NCBI GenBank assembly: GCA_028534125.1
Contig: CM052816.1
Location: forward strand, 33,110,001-33,174,000
Reading direction: 5' to 3'
DNA length: 64,000 bases
DNA from: Lama glama
Lineage: Eukaryota
How positions within the stretch are numbered: position 1 is the first letter of the stretch; the number at the start of each line of letters is the position of its first letter. The notes below the pieces were generated by a model. That model did no database searches. It was given only the letters and a program-made list of their open reading frames with translations, and was not told where the DNA came from. A program made the translations under genes and the position numbers. Positions 1 through 13,092 of the stretch are shown one piece after another.

Positions 1-817
1 CTGCCCCTCCTAGGCTGGGCAGATTTTCTGTAAGTGTCTGGGGTGAGATGACTTGGCTCGGAGCTGCACACGATGAAGGGTGCTACATACACTTTCAACT
101 GTTCCACTATAAAAATGGGGTCTATTTTTAACAAAATCAATTCTGGAACAACACAAAACTCTCCTCATCCTTCTTTTCACTTCGCATTTTGGTTTCTTCA
201 AAAATATGATTTCGGGACACATGAGAAATGAATCAAAGAGGAATTTTCCTCTAAATAAAAACACCAGCTTCCTTATTAACTTAGATTCCAATAATCAGAC
301 ACATTACATGCACCATGCTGCTTCCCCAAAAGGAATTCCCAAAAAGATTTAAACCTGATTCAGCTTGCAAGTGGATTCATTTCTCCAGCCCATTTGATAT
401 GAGAGAAGTAAACGATCCTCAGAGAAAAAGTGTATTTAAATGGAACTTAGCACTAGAGAATTCGGAAGATCCAGTAATTCTTAGAGGAACTGGATGGAGG
501 GAGTACAATGAAACGGTGAATGCAGATTGAACAGTCTTGGCATTTGAGAGCAGATCGCCTGGGACACTCTCCTGGTCCATGTCCTTTCCATAACAGAACG
601 ACACAAGGAGATCCAGTGCTTGCAGAAGCACATCTGCACTGAGGGTGCAAAGAAGCTCCTCTGACCGGGCATGAGATCTCCTGCAGAAAAGCATTCTGAT
701 AAAAAGACTTTCAGAACTTCCAGTCCTCCAGGAAACAAAACAGTTCTGAGGGGACATCCTTTTACTTCAACGTTATATTAAGCTCGACAGCTCCAACTTT
801 GCGGAGGCAGAAATAGA

Positions 818-1800
818 ATCTGAATGCTCTGCTCACTTTACCTGATTTTAGTAACCACAACACATTGTGGGGTCTGCCAGACTGTCTGGGAGCCCAGAAG
901 ACAAAGGCAGCATGAGTGGTACTCCTGCTACCAAGTCCTTTGTGTCCTGACCCAAGGAGGCTGGACTCCCCCATGTTCATGGCAGACCCTTGGGTGCCCC
1001 AGTGGGGGAGTTCTACCATAGGGCAAGATGCTGGTGGCAGTATCCCCTTTCCAGGCTTCTCTGAGCTACACAACTAAGCCATGCTCCCAAGAGGGCACGA
1101 GAGGCAGCTTGTGGGTGCAGAATACTTGATCCTGGGTTTGAAACAACACGGCTGCCTGTACTGCGTTAAATAAGGACACCAATAACCTGGGACGTAGACT
1201 CCAGCCAATCCCAGAGCTGCTGGTGGCAGACAGGCTCAAGTGCTTGCAGGCCCCCAGGAGGCAGAGTAATGGTTAGGTGCAAAGGCTTTGGGACCAGGCT
1301 CCCAAGCTTCAATCTCAGCTGTGTCGCTCACTAGCTTTGTGACTTTGGACAAGCCACTTAACTTTTCTGTCTCTTCTGTCTCATCTGAAAAATGGCGATA
1401 GTTCTGTCTAAGGTTGTGGAGGTGGTGAAGGATTCATCATGTTAATGAATTACCAAGCGCTGAGGATGATGCCATCAGCTCAGTGCCATAGTGTTTGTCT
1501 TCTTTATTAGTGTTACCAACTATAAATATTATCATTTTCCAAGTGAGATATTTTGGGCACCAGCAACACAACATAAAGCTCAAGCCCAAGTTTAGGGCAG
1601 AGCAGAGAAAGAGCCAGGGAGCATAGGGAGAGGGGAACCAAGCCCCTCTGAGAGCTGACCCAATGTCTGTGCCAGGAGACCGGGGTGCAGGGCTGGGAGG
1701 CAGGGCCAGGAAGGTGTTCCCGAGGGCTGGAAACAGTCTGGCAGACCCTGTGATGTGCTGTGGTCACTAAAATTAGGTAAAGTGAGCAGAACGTTCAGAT
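818..1800. repeat. 68-bp long inverted repeat (arms 818-885 and 1733-1800)
   Basis: Ungapped manual alignment of arm 1 to the reverse complement of arm 2 gives 59/68 identical; all 9 differences are transitions. Confidence 0.95.
1262..1510 (+). mobile_element. MIR SINE
   Basis: Core motif ...ctcactagctttgtgactttggacaagccacttaacttttctgt...tcatctgaaaaatgg. Confidence 0.8.
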
Positions 1801-4800
1801 ACGGGACACGGCTCCCCTCTCCTCAGATGAACTTATAATGAAGTGTAAAAAATAAGAAGTCAGAATGTGTACAGTACAAGAAGAGAAATTAGACCCTGAA
1901 ATTAAGTTATATTCACTCTGGCACATTTTTTAAAAATTGGCAAGGAAAGTAGTAAAGGGGGCTCCTAACATGCTCAGCGCCCTGGGGGTACTCATTAAAC
2001 ACTTGCTAATCGACTAAACTTGCCTGTTCAAAGAGAACTTGGAAATGTATATGCCTTCAGGGAATAACTCTAGGAGTACACAATTCACTAAGTATCTTCT
2101 TAACAGTAACGCAGAATACAGTTTATATGTAAGTTAAATATTTAATTGGTATAAATAGACCACATTTTGTCTCTGCTTTTTAATGAGCACAGTTTTGGCC
2201 ACCATGTTTAAAGCTAACTTCACAGAAATTCAGAGGTTTCATACCTCAAAGGTATTTTAATAATATTTGGGTATTTTTATTGACATCATGTACCACATGA
2301 TGGGGAAAGAAACAGGCAGGATCCACGGAAAGCAATTGCTTCTATTGCTCCTGCATCATAACGTTATGAAAATCTTGTTAGTTGAGAAACTGAGTAATAG
2401 AATTGCAAACTAGAAAAACTGATGCCTCTAGATTTAGGAGGTCATAACATTATCCAATCTTATTTCTGCCAAGGAAAATCCAAATAAAGTTCAAATCTAG
2501 ATTAAAATGATAGGTGTCCAATGAGGAACCAGAGAGGGGAAACTCAGAGGCTTCCGGTCTAAAACAAGCAAGGGAATAAGAATCAGGTGTATTTGAGAGA
2601 AAGCACAGGCACACCCAGGGGTTACAAGAGCAATGGTGTCTGAAAAATAAAGGAGGGCTTCCTCACTGATCAGTCTCAGCTCTACTATAATTTCTGACTG
2701 ATTCAGAAACTTCCAAGGCTCTCAAAGCCAAGACAGGCAGGAGTTTTAAGGTGTTGGCTGGATGCAAAATATTGCTGGCAATTTACTTTCTTCTAAATCA
2801 AGAGCAGTGAAAGACAATCAGGGTCGTCTCATGCCTCAAGTATCAAAATTGAATTCTTTTTCAGCAACAGCAGAAAAATAATTTCCATGAATTGAGTATG
2901 TGGAAGAGGGGTAGGTATAAACTAAAGGAGGCATTCCGGGGTGAAGGAAGAAAGTGTGCTTTGTGGATTTTTTCCCTCCTTCAACAATAATGGAGAGTTC
3001 AAATATTTCTGGCTGTTAGACTGACATCAGACAGATTATCAAGAACGCAGCTATATTTTGCTTCCCACATGGCATAAGCAGCAGTCACAGTAACACAGGC
3101 TCAACCTCACCGTTACTTAAATTCAGAAAGCAGGCGATTCAAGAATTACAAAGCTTTGGGGGTGGAGACACCTGGGTAGCTTAGAACATTAAAACGTAGT
3201 AAAATATCGACTTATGTTTCAATGTCTATCACTGCCTACTGATGCAGACACTCTTATATCAGGCTGATGAGCTTTTGGTACTTTTAGAAATGTCTGTAAC
3301 ATTTGGGGGGAAATGTTTGTTTTGTAAACAAAGCAATTATATCTGATATAACTGAAGACTGGGAAGTGAAGAGAAAAAAAGCCACCTACACAATCACTTT
3401 CTACAACTTATTATTAGCATTTTGTAAATTTCATTCCAGTCTTTTCCCTTTTCCTATTTGGCAGTCAAACATGGTAACACACGAGAAAGCTGGTTCTGCA
3501 TTTTATTCTCTGTTCTTAAATCAACTCCTCACTAAACAACAAAAATCACACAGTAACTTACGAAACCAAATTTTGCTCAGAGATTTCTCCCAACTTTAAG
3601 GTTCTGCGGTGGTAGTTGTTTATTTGTTTTCAATTCAAAAACAAAGGCTGTTATTGCTAAGAGTTCAAAAGTACAGACAAAGCCAGGAGATTAGAAAAAA
3701 CTGTCAGCGCATTCAGGAACTCAGGAGATTCCCACCCCCAGCGGGGTGTGGTGAGGACACAGTGCAGCCCTCACCAGGGCTGCCTTGGTCTCAAGGTGAT
3801 GGCACGTGGCACCAGGGAAAGACTCAGGGTCTCAAATTTATAACAAAGTTGTAGTTCCAAAAATTGTTTAGGACTTAAAACACATTTTTCAGGCAAACAG
3901 TACAAGGGCTATTTCTGCAAAGATCTAACTGATCTATGTAGTTTAAAGCAAAGTTCTCAAAGACAAGGTAGTTGTAACGATTCACTGAAGTGAATATTCA
4001 CCTGTTTCTTTCTCACCTTGTCCTTTAACGCCTAGTTTGTGTTTTATAAGTTACATAACATGAATACAGGAGGGAAAGTATTTAATTTCTAAATATACGG
4101 AAATAAGCGATACAAGCTGTGAAAGCGCAAATTATTAAATAGAGAAGTTTGGAGATTAGTTTAAACAGAAACACTCTTGTTTGCTACCATATTCATAGCA
4201 AGATCTCTTTATGAAAATATGTCTCATGTTTCAACTGAGGCAACTCCAGGAATAAACCTGTCGCTGGAACATCTCATGACACTGTGGGTCTCTGTCAGCA
4301 ATAAACTGAACAGTGGGAGCACGGAATCCCAGAAAAGGGGCTCTAAGAGGAGGCAGGCCTTCTACATTTTTCCAGGGGACTTTCATGAAGTAGTGGTTCT
4401 TAATCTCTTTCAGTTCAGCCCCCTCTTCATCGGGTAAGTGGAATGGACCTTCTCCTAACATTTTCAGGGGTCTGACTGATGTACCTGCTGGAACCACTCA
4501 TGGATTCCTGGGACCATGATCCTTGGAAGCAAAATGTGGCCTCAGCCACAACTAAAAAGGACCTCAGTTGTCAAGTCCAGATGAGAATGGGGACTTAAGG
4601 TCCGAAACGTCCAAGAGCAGCACATTTGTGGCAGATTCTCCACTGGGAAATGACTAGTGTGGACGGAGCCTAAATCTGGGATGCTTATCTTAGTCAACCA
4701 CGGTGTAAACACTCATCTGTCACACACACATTCCTCATTTGTCAGATTTCCCATGGCGCACTGCCAGCTCCTCCCTGGGCGAAATCCCAATGCCGAAAAC

Positions 4801-5129
4801 AGAGCCCTGGTTCTGTGCCAGGTGCTGCCAGTTTCTGATCATTACCTGGTCTCCTATTTCCAACTCAGTTTAGCTGATTGATTCTCCACATGGAGCCCAG
4901 GTTGAGCTTTAAGACACAAATCCAATCAGATCATTCATTACATCATTTGTATCCTCCAATGGCTCCTTTCTGCCTACTCTAAGTCCAAATCCTGCTCCTT
5001 TCTGGCTTCCTGTTTTGCAAATTAAATCCTCACAAGTAATTGTACTCTCCAAGTACAAAACAGAGTGATGGGGAGCTGCTGTTACTGCCCACCACCCTGT
5101 TTCTTTCAGGAAAAACTCCTCTCCCCTGT

Positions 5130-5395
5130 GTGGTTGCCAGACGGCTGCCTGAGGAAGGACAGTCATGATACCCCTCTCCCCAGCTAGTGACTGGTCTGGG
5201 GTTGGAACATGACCCACGTGAATCTTCCCACAATTAACAGAAGGGCAGAGAGTAAGACCTGAATATCATGTCTGGGCCTCGGATCTAGCCACGTGTGAGG
5301 TCACTCCTAGACTTGCGAGTTATAAAGCTAGTTTTGTTGTCAGTTTGAGCTCATTTGGAATAGGTTCTCTACATCCAACCAAAATAAACCTAGAA
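5130..5395 (+). mobile_element. Ancient MaLR (MLT1-type) LTR fragment
   Basis: 3'-end-like text ...ggatctagccacgtgtgaggtc...ctagacttgcgagttata...gagctcatttggaataggttctct...caaccaaaa; family assigned by resemblance only. Confidence 0.45.
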
Positions 5396-6734
5396 CTCAG
5401 ACCACACTGAACTGATCTGCCAGTGACAGGTGTGTAACCTGTTTATAAGGCTAGAGGAGTATGTCCAGATCGTTCAACAATATGGGGTGTAAGGACATCA
5501 TGTGATAGATGATGTCCACTCTCTAGCTTAACTATCCTGAACTTCCTTCCTCTGATACGCGTGTTTTATAGCTCAGTGAGGCTTTTTACAGTGAGGATGG
5601 TTTCAATAGAGACTGCTTCAATATCACATTTCCCCTCCTCAGAAAGTCTAATGCTAACTGTAGCAGAGTTTCCAGCCCTCTAGCCTATACTCAACTCAGA
5701 GAAAACGGCAACTTCATTCACACAGTTAGCATACCAGCTGCCACAGAGGAGCCCGTGGGAGTTTGCGTTACAGCCAACAAGAATCTGTGCTCCAGGAACC
5801 AAAGCCTCAGGACCAGAGGAGCTGAGAACCGGACCTCCACTTCACAGACAAGGCAACAACACTTCATGGGGACTGCAGTTCCCATGTGCTCAAGGGTCTC
5901 CAGGTCCAGATTAGACACCCTGGAATGAGAGATGTGCACTTTTCACACAAGCCATCCTCCCCTTGGCCAGTTGCATCTGCACTGGGAATCACAGAACGTT
6001 TTCCCTAAAAGGTACTTCAGGGTCCAGACCCTTATTCACAAAATAAAGTGGTGGGTCCTAGAGAGGGAAACAGCTCAAGTCAGAGCACCACAAATTCGGG
6101 GTGGGGGGAGCCCCTAGTCCCTGCCCCACAACACTGCTTGTCCAGGACACCATGCTGCCTCTAGGACACAAGCCAATGCCCTGCCCGAGTCTCTGGTCAC
6201 CCTACTGACTGGCCGAATCAGAAACTGAGTAACATTGGTAGGTCATTTAGAAATCACTTAGAAATATTTTGAATTTCATATTAATAATAGAGTCTGAATT
6301 ACATGACATGTTGATATAACTGTATAGAAAGTCATCTGACTTCGTCCTTTTTTTTTGAAGGTTAAATGCAGCAGAATGACCACACACCATTCACCCTACT
6401 CACGTCTTCTTTCCAAAGCCATCCAAATGATGGCAAAGCCAAAACAAACAAAAACAAAAAAGCAAACCCAAAACCTACAAAACAAGATGTGGGCAAGAGA
6501 ATAGGAGGGAAGACAGCAGAGGAGGAATTTCAACAAATTCTGGAAAACAAAGCAGAGGGACTCCTGACCTACCTTCCTCAACTCTGCTACAGCCTTCGAA
6601 GAACCTGCAGGGGGACACTGAGAATAAACTGTCCTCACAAAAATCCAAAAAGACTCAGGTTTGCAGACTGCACTGCAGAGGACAGGAGTGAGACAGGAGG
6701 CTGGAAACGAGGAGACTGTTCGAAAGTTAATTTA

Positions 6735-6875
6735 AGGGGGAGGGTATGGCTCAGTGGTAGAGCACGTGCTTAACATGCATAGAGGTCCTGGGTTCAATCC
6801 CCAGTACTGCCATTAAAAAAACAAAAAATAAATAAACCTAATCCTTCCTACCACCAACCCCCCCACACACACACA
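6735..6875 (+). mobile_element. Camelid tRNA-Ala-derived SINE (vic-1 type)
   Basis: ggggagggtatggctcagtggtagagc...ggtcctgggttcaatccccagtac with A and B boxes and an A-rich tail (aaataaaccta...). Degenerate target-site duplication (agttaat). Confidence 0.9.
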
Positions 6876-7479
6876 AAGAGTTAATCTGGAAGGAGACTGC
6901 ACCCCTATGTCTTGGCCTTAACCTTTCACAAGTCTAGGGCTGTGTCTTCCCACTTTGACCACCTTCCATAACAGGAGAGAGCCCTGGACAAAGGTCTGCA
7001 CACCTCAGGCACCAGAGGCCACACAAGTGAGGCTTGGATTGAGAAAAAAAAAGTACTAAAAATATATGCAATCTGAGCCCTGGGGCTCAACTGCTCCTCT
7101 CCTTTTCTGAAGTTTTCTTCCTCCAAATATAAGAAGATACGGTTAAAGTAAGAGATTAGAGGAATCTTCTCTGGAAAAGCTAAGAAAAAATATCCAGTTA
7201 CTGTACAGACATTCAAAGTGGTGAAACAGTCAGCTCCAGAGCCTACCTGCTGGCTAGTCCACCCAACTTCCGTAGTTTCCAATCAGCTTTCCCACATTCT
7301 CAAGCAGGAGCAGATGACCGGAGCACCATGTATTAGAGAAATTGCTCCAACAGCAACGAGAGACCAAATCAAATATAGGATAAAAGAAAAACTCTCCCTC
7401 TCATAAACCACATTCAATTTTTACCAAGACCCTTTACCGATACAAACCTAATCCCTCACCACAGCCATCCTTGGCGTGT

Positions 7480-8400
7480 AGACCAATATGCATGGTACAC
7501 CTGGATTCATTCACCACATCCTGGACATCAGCAAGGCATCAACAGATTCTTCCAGGGTATCATTTGAGTTCCTGTTGTAACGGAGCAGGACCTGTGGGGC
7601 CTTCCAGGGTCAGACTTCTCCCTCATATTCTCTGCTAAAGTATCCAGATCACAGTATCTCATGTATATTTCCTGAGTTTTTCAGATGCTTAAAACCACCA
7701 CCAAAGAGAAGAAATTAACTACTTGATGATGGAGAGCTCATGGCCCCCAGACCTTCTGGCACCTAGGGGTTGATAGTGCGGACCGCCCTGTTACCTCCAC
7801 ACCAACCAGTCAGAGAATTGTGCGTGAACTGACCACATACCCTGAGACCCCAACTCCCTTACCTGGCCTTTAAATATGCTTTGCTAAAATTCTTTGGGGA
7901 GTTCAGGGTTTTCTTGGGCATGAGCCACCCCATTCTTCATGCTCGGCCCTGCAATAAACCTTTCTCTGCTCCAAACTCCGATGTTTCAGTTTGGCCTCCT
8001 AGTGCGGCAGGCACATGAACTTGCCTTTAGTAACACCATGTGTCAGAAGAGAGCCAGACTCAAAGACTAAACTTGGGGAAGAGGCCCTCCGTGGTAGTCA
8101 CAAGGCATCCATTCTGGTTTATTCGATACTTATGCAAGATACTGGTAAGTATGTCAACGGTATGGTTCTCCAACCTCCAGGTGACATCCCTCTAGGAAGG
8201 ACAGCCAAAATATATGCTGACAGAGTCAGGATCCTACTGAAATGGAACATGAAATGACAGATAGAATAAAGGACAAAACTGACTGAATCAAAAATTATCT
8301 TACATTCATGTTTTTAAAGGGCTATAAACAGAGGGAGATAAGAACTAGGAAGAATTATTAAGAAATTAAAAACAGAAGACATAACCTTAGGAATCTGAGC
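7480..8400 (+). mobile_element. Degraded CR1/L3 LINE reverse-transcriptase remnant, interrupted by the LTR
   Basis: ctggacatcagcaaggcatc (LDFSKAF-like) left of the LTR and ...ctaggaaggacagcc...tgacagagtcaggatcc right of it, both resembling CR1 RT segments. Confidence 0.45.
7576..8035 (+). mobile_element. ERV solo LTR (about 460 bp)
   Basis: TGTAAC...GTAACA termini, TATA-like tttaaata, AATAAA (about 7953). A second partial copy lies at 30567-30762. Confidence 0.85.
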
Positions 8401-11400
8401 TTCCTCCATATTCAGTGACTCTTGTATCCAACAGCTGCCCCCAAGACCACTACCATCTTGGATGACAGGAGATGCAGAGCACTGGGGGTCTTCTGTGTAC
8501 CAGCACTGCAGGCTGGCCCTGGCCGAAGTGACTTACAGACACTGCACTTGAGAGGGTAGCAGACAGAGCAGGACCTGATCAGAGAAGCGTCACCAGACTG
8601 ATACAGCTCAAGACGGCGCAGGATGAGGAAGTGTGTGCTTCCCCCGTGGGGTGCTTCAGAAAGCCCTTCTCTCCAATCTCATCGAAAGGAATAGAAAACT
8701 GTGTTGTGGGAAACTGAGAAGGTAAAGCTGTGACTTCACAAAAACAGGAATGAGTCACCCAGACAAGTGAACAAGCCCTGAGTTACAGGAATCAGTGGTA
8801 GTGAGTGTTTCCCTTCCCCATTCAGACTAGAACCAGCCAACAAATCCAGTTCACCATGAGATACCATGTAGGGAAACCCTTCAGTTTCCATTCGATGATT
8901 TATTTTACAAACTTATGCCAAAACATTCAGTCAAGTGATCTACTGAATTCTGAAAATAATCACCATTCCCTCTGTATCCCTTATCTTGCAAATATATTCC
9001 AGAGGCCCAAGTCTAAAAATGGCTGTTTCTAGCCATGTTTTTCTTTTTCTCTCTCTTTTTTTAATAGGATGGTGGTATCAAGTCTTGGCATGATCTAGAA
9101 TTTTACTGCAGTTACAACAGCCCATTTCCAATAATGAATCATCAGCTCATATAAATGAAAGGTGTAAAAAAAAAAGACTGTTTTGTTCAAAGAAACAAGT
9201 ATTAACTCATGGCCACAAAGCTTTGACAGAAACAGACCAACTATGAGAGTCAAATCTTGGTTTCTGGAAAATAAACCCAAAGTTCTGGCCACACTACTGT
9301 TTTTACACTTCTTCCTGTTTAAAAACTATCAATGATGTCCTCTGCCTAGTGAACCGAGTTACCAAACTCCAGCCTGGCACTCCAGGCCCTGCGCTAGGGC
9401 TCCTAGGTGCCCAGCTGTCCGTGCTGTCCTTCCTTCGCCTCATGATGCAGCCACGCGACACCGCATCTAGCATTTCTCTGCCTCCTCTCCTTGCTTCAGG
9501 CGGGACCACCACCTCCCGCTGCTTCTCCCACCCAACCAACACCCAGCTCAACTAAGATCTGAATTTCACGCATGGTGCCATGCAATGGACCAGAACACTA
9601 AATACCCACCCAGCAACAGTGAGCACGTCCCAGGATCCCATTCTATTGTACAAGCAAAGTAAACATACAAAAATCTTGTGAAGATGTTTCTTTGGATAGT
9701 ATACACGGAAATTCTGAAATTATCTAAATCTAAATAATTGATTTTGACAGATCTGGCTTATTAAATAAACACACTTCTAAATGGGAACATGTCTCTGTCC
9801 TAAATTACATCTGTAATGTGAACATGACTGTTGGCCTCAGTTACTGATATACTTTTAACAACACACAGAATGATCGTCTATGTATCCATGAACTATAGAT
9901 ATATAAAATAAATATCCACAGCTAAATGATCTGCAAGCAGACTTAAATATTAAAGCCCACAGGAATAAACACAATGTATTTTGATCTTCCCATAGTTATA
10001 TTTTGAGTAAACAGAGGAAATACTCCAAATTATGTAATACTTGATATAATCTCTCCAACTGGAGAGAGAATGCATGTAACATCTGCTCTAGGCTTAGCCT
10101 ACACATTTTGAAACTTTAGATTTCTCAGCTTAAAAAAAAGAAAAAAGCCTTAAATAACATTTCTAAATATATTTGGCTACTAGGAGTATCTCTTGTGATG
10201 GAAAATTTACTTAGTCAGAAAGATAAAATGTCAAGACTCCGAAAGGAAGGAAACAAAATTAGTGCAAATCCATCCCCACTCTCCCACTGGAGAAATAATT
10301 TCACTCAGCGAATTTACTGAGTTCTTCTCTTGGAGGCTAGTAGCAAAGATAACTAAACAATGGGAAGAGAAGCCTCCCTGAAGTAATTAGGAAAATCATA
10401 TTTCACTTTACTGCTATCCCTGAACATCGTACCTATATATTCTTATCAGTACAGCACTCCCTAAATATATATAAAATGTACGTCTATTGTGACAGTAAAT
10501 TTGCCAGATAAAAATCTTAGTTTTCCATTGTTGTTCAATCAACAATGCTGTCTACAAGTATACAAAAATTAGTATCAATTAGTCAATGTGGGTTTAAAAA
10601 AAAATCACACAAACTCGCTAGATTAAATCATCTGGATAGCTCATGCTTCTGGAAAGCAAATTAAGAATATATGTTTCCCTCACAGAGGTTCAACCCAAAG
10701 AATTCTAGTTGAGGAGTGAACCAAAGAAATGTCGTGTCCTCTTTTTTGGGTTGTTCAAGTTATCTCTCTCTCTCTCTCTCTCTTTTTTTAACCCAGTTGA
10801 ACATTTTAAGCTGATCATAAGTGCTGATCATGCACTGAGGCCATAGGCAATCTAACTAGTCAGAGAAAGGTTAGCAGAGCGGAATACACCATATCTTTGG
10901 AGCAATCAAGGACATAAGGCCAAAAGAAGTATATGGCCTGGGTAATAGTTGGTTTGGAATCCAGTGTAAGAAACAAGACTCCTAGTGATTAATGCTGAAG
11001 CTGAGTTATCACCCTGCAACCTTCCTAGGGGATGTGCAGCCTCTCAGTTTCAGTAACACATGTCTGACAAACCTTATACTTTTATTTTAATCCCCTCCCC
11101 GATAAAAGACGGAAAATCCAAAGAGATTCAAGCCATAAAGAACTCCTACTGAGACAATTTAAAACCCATTCAATCACAGCAACTGCCACTTTGAAAGGAA
11201 AAAAAAACTCACCAGGAATAAGGGCCAACAACGTAATCAACACCTAATGGGATCAGAAAATGTCTGGATGTCTGTGCTTCACAATGACACCAGGGCCAAG
11301 GAGAGTGGTGTTACTTCAGAGGTTTTAGAAAAAGATCTTGTTAGAAAGGCTTTGAGATAAGGTCCTAACCAAAAATATTTCCCAAGGGGAAGATGGGGAA

Positions 11401-11417
11401 CAAAAAAGAATGAAATT

Positions 11418-11545
11418 TTATGTAATAATCTTTAATGAAAAAGAATATAAAAATGAATATATGTATGTATATGCATGACTGGGACATTGTGCTGTACACC
11501 AGAGATTGACCCACTGTAATTGATTGTATTTCAATTTAAAAAAAG
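11418..11545 (+). mobile_element. L1 3'-end fragment (artiodactyl/camelid type)
   Basis: gaatatatgtatgtatatgcatgactgggacattgtgctgtacaccagag...ttcaattt followed by poly(A). Confidence 0.85.
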
Positions 11546-11677
11546 GAGGGGGGGCAAGCATAAGAATAAGCAATCTGTTAGCCGTTTTTATTAATTCTTC
11601 ACTTTTAGAGAAAGGTTACCTGTATTTTTCTTTTCTTTTTGCCCTGAATAGATTTTATTTTTGCACTGAATAGATTT

Positions 11678-11850
11678 TATTTTTTTAATTGAAGTATAGT
11701 CAATTTACAATGTTGTGTTATAATATTGGTTTTATATATATATGTATATTCTTTTCCCTATTTTTTTCCATTATAGGCTATTTGGGAGAGATAAAATGGG
11801 AGTCCAAGATTTGCAGATATTAACTACTATATGTAGAATAGATTAAAAAA
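11678..11850 (-). mobile_element. L1 3'-end fragment with an inverted 5' part
   Basis: 11678-11783 is an antisense L1 tail (ttgaagtatagtcaatttacaatgttgtg). 11784-11850 is upstream L1 3' UTR sequence in the opposite orientation (ggagagataaaatgggagtccaagatttgcagata). Confidence 0.7.
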
Positions 11851-11888
11851 TTGTTTTACATGTGTTATCTTATTAAACTTTTGCACAA

Positions 11889-11910
11889 CACACACACACA
11901 CACACACACA
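11889..11910. repeat. (CA)n microsatellite
   Basis: About 11 CA units, seen directly. Confidence 0.95.
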
Positions 11911-12937
11911 AGAATGAAGTTTCAGTAGAAAAGGGAGACATTTGGATTTAGTTATAGAAGATGATTTGCTAGAAGAGAATCTGATAAACAATCATAGGGA
12001 AAAAGGCATTGAGCCAGAATTTTAAAACCCTCCGTAGCAACTCAGATACTAGAAGTTTCAGGGTTCCAGAGCAGAGTATGATTTCACTTGCTTGCCTCTA
12101 ATCAGAGATTTAGCACAATGAGATCCCTACCTGTTGAAATATTTTTTAAAATGGGTAAGTGGGAAGACAATTCATTTTTTCAAATTTCTTGTGAAAAGCA
12201 GCCTCATCTTGATGTAGAGAAAGAGGAATATAAAGGAGGAAAGCTTATCCCAGTAGAAAGAAGGACAGTGATATATCACGGAACTGAAAGGAACTCAGAT
12301 TATGTCTTCCAGATGGAGGGATGGCGTGGGGAACTAGAGAAGGATTTCATTTTTAGGAGAACAGGAAGGCCAGGTGCCAACTTTGTTAAGTGCCTCCTAT
12401 TTGCCAATTTAACCAGGAATCGCGAGGAATGGAAGACAGAAGAGGCAGCTAATCCTATTTAGGACACGGAGCCTGAGAACCAAGTAAATGAATCCTAAGA
12501 GGAGATATCGTCTTCATCTCCAGTTGTGAGCTCTTCATTGTTTCTTTGAAAATTGTCTCATCACTTTCTGTGATTGTGTTTAAGGAAGAATCCTTTCACT
12601 TTATCCATAAACTCTTTATACTGTATTAAGTTACACACGGGCTTCTGAAAACCACTCTCCTCTCCAGCTTAATCATAACAGGGACAGGGAGGCTGCAGTG
12701 CAGATGCTGTTTCCAAATCCAATCACTGGAGTCATTTGGTAACAACAGGTTGAGGACCTGAAAAATGGCTTTGACTCCCTTCACGTTTAAGGATGCAACA
12801 ACAGAGGCCCAGAGAGTTCAGGAGATACGGCAAGATGCTCTGTGACTTGTACACGCAGAAGTGACATTCTAACCCAGTTTTCTTCACTTGGTTCACTGTT
12901 CAGTCCATTATGGAGCCCATCCTTCCTACTTCTGTTC

Positions 12938-13092
12938 TTTTTTTTGTTTTTAAATTGAAGTATAGTCAGTTATAATGCGTCAATTCCTGGTGTACAGCAT
13001 AATGTTTCAGTCATACATATACATACATATATTCCTTTTCCTATTCTTTTTCATCATAGGTTACTACAAGATATTAAATATAGTTCTCTGCA
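12938..13092 (-). mobile_element. L1 3'-end fragment
   Basis: Poly(T) then ttgaagtatagtcagtt...ctggtgtacagcataatg...ataggttactacaagatatt. Degenerate flanking duplication (ctac..tgttctt). Confidence 0.85.
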
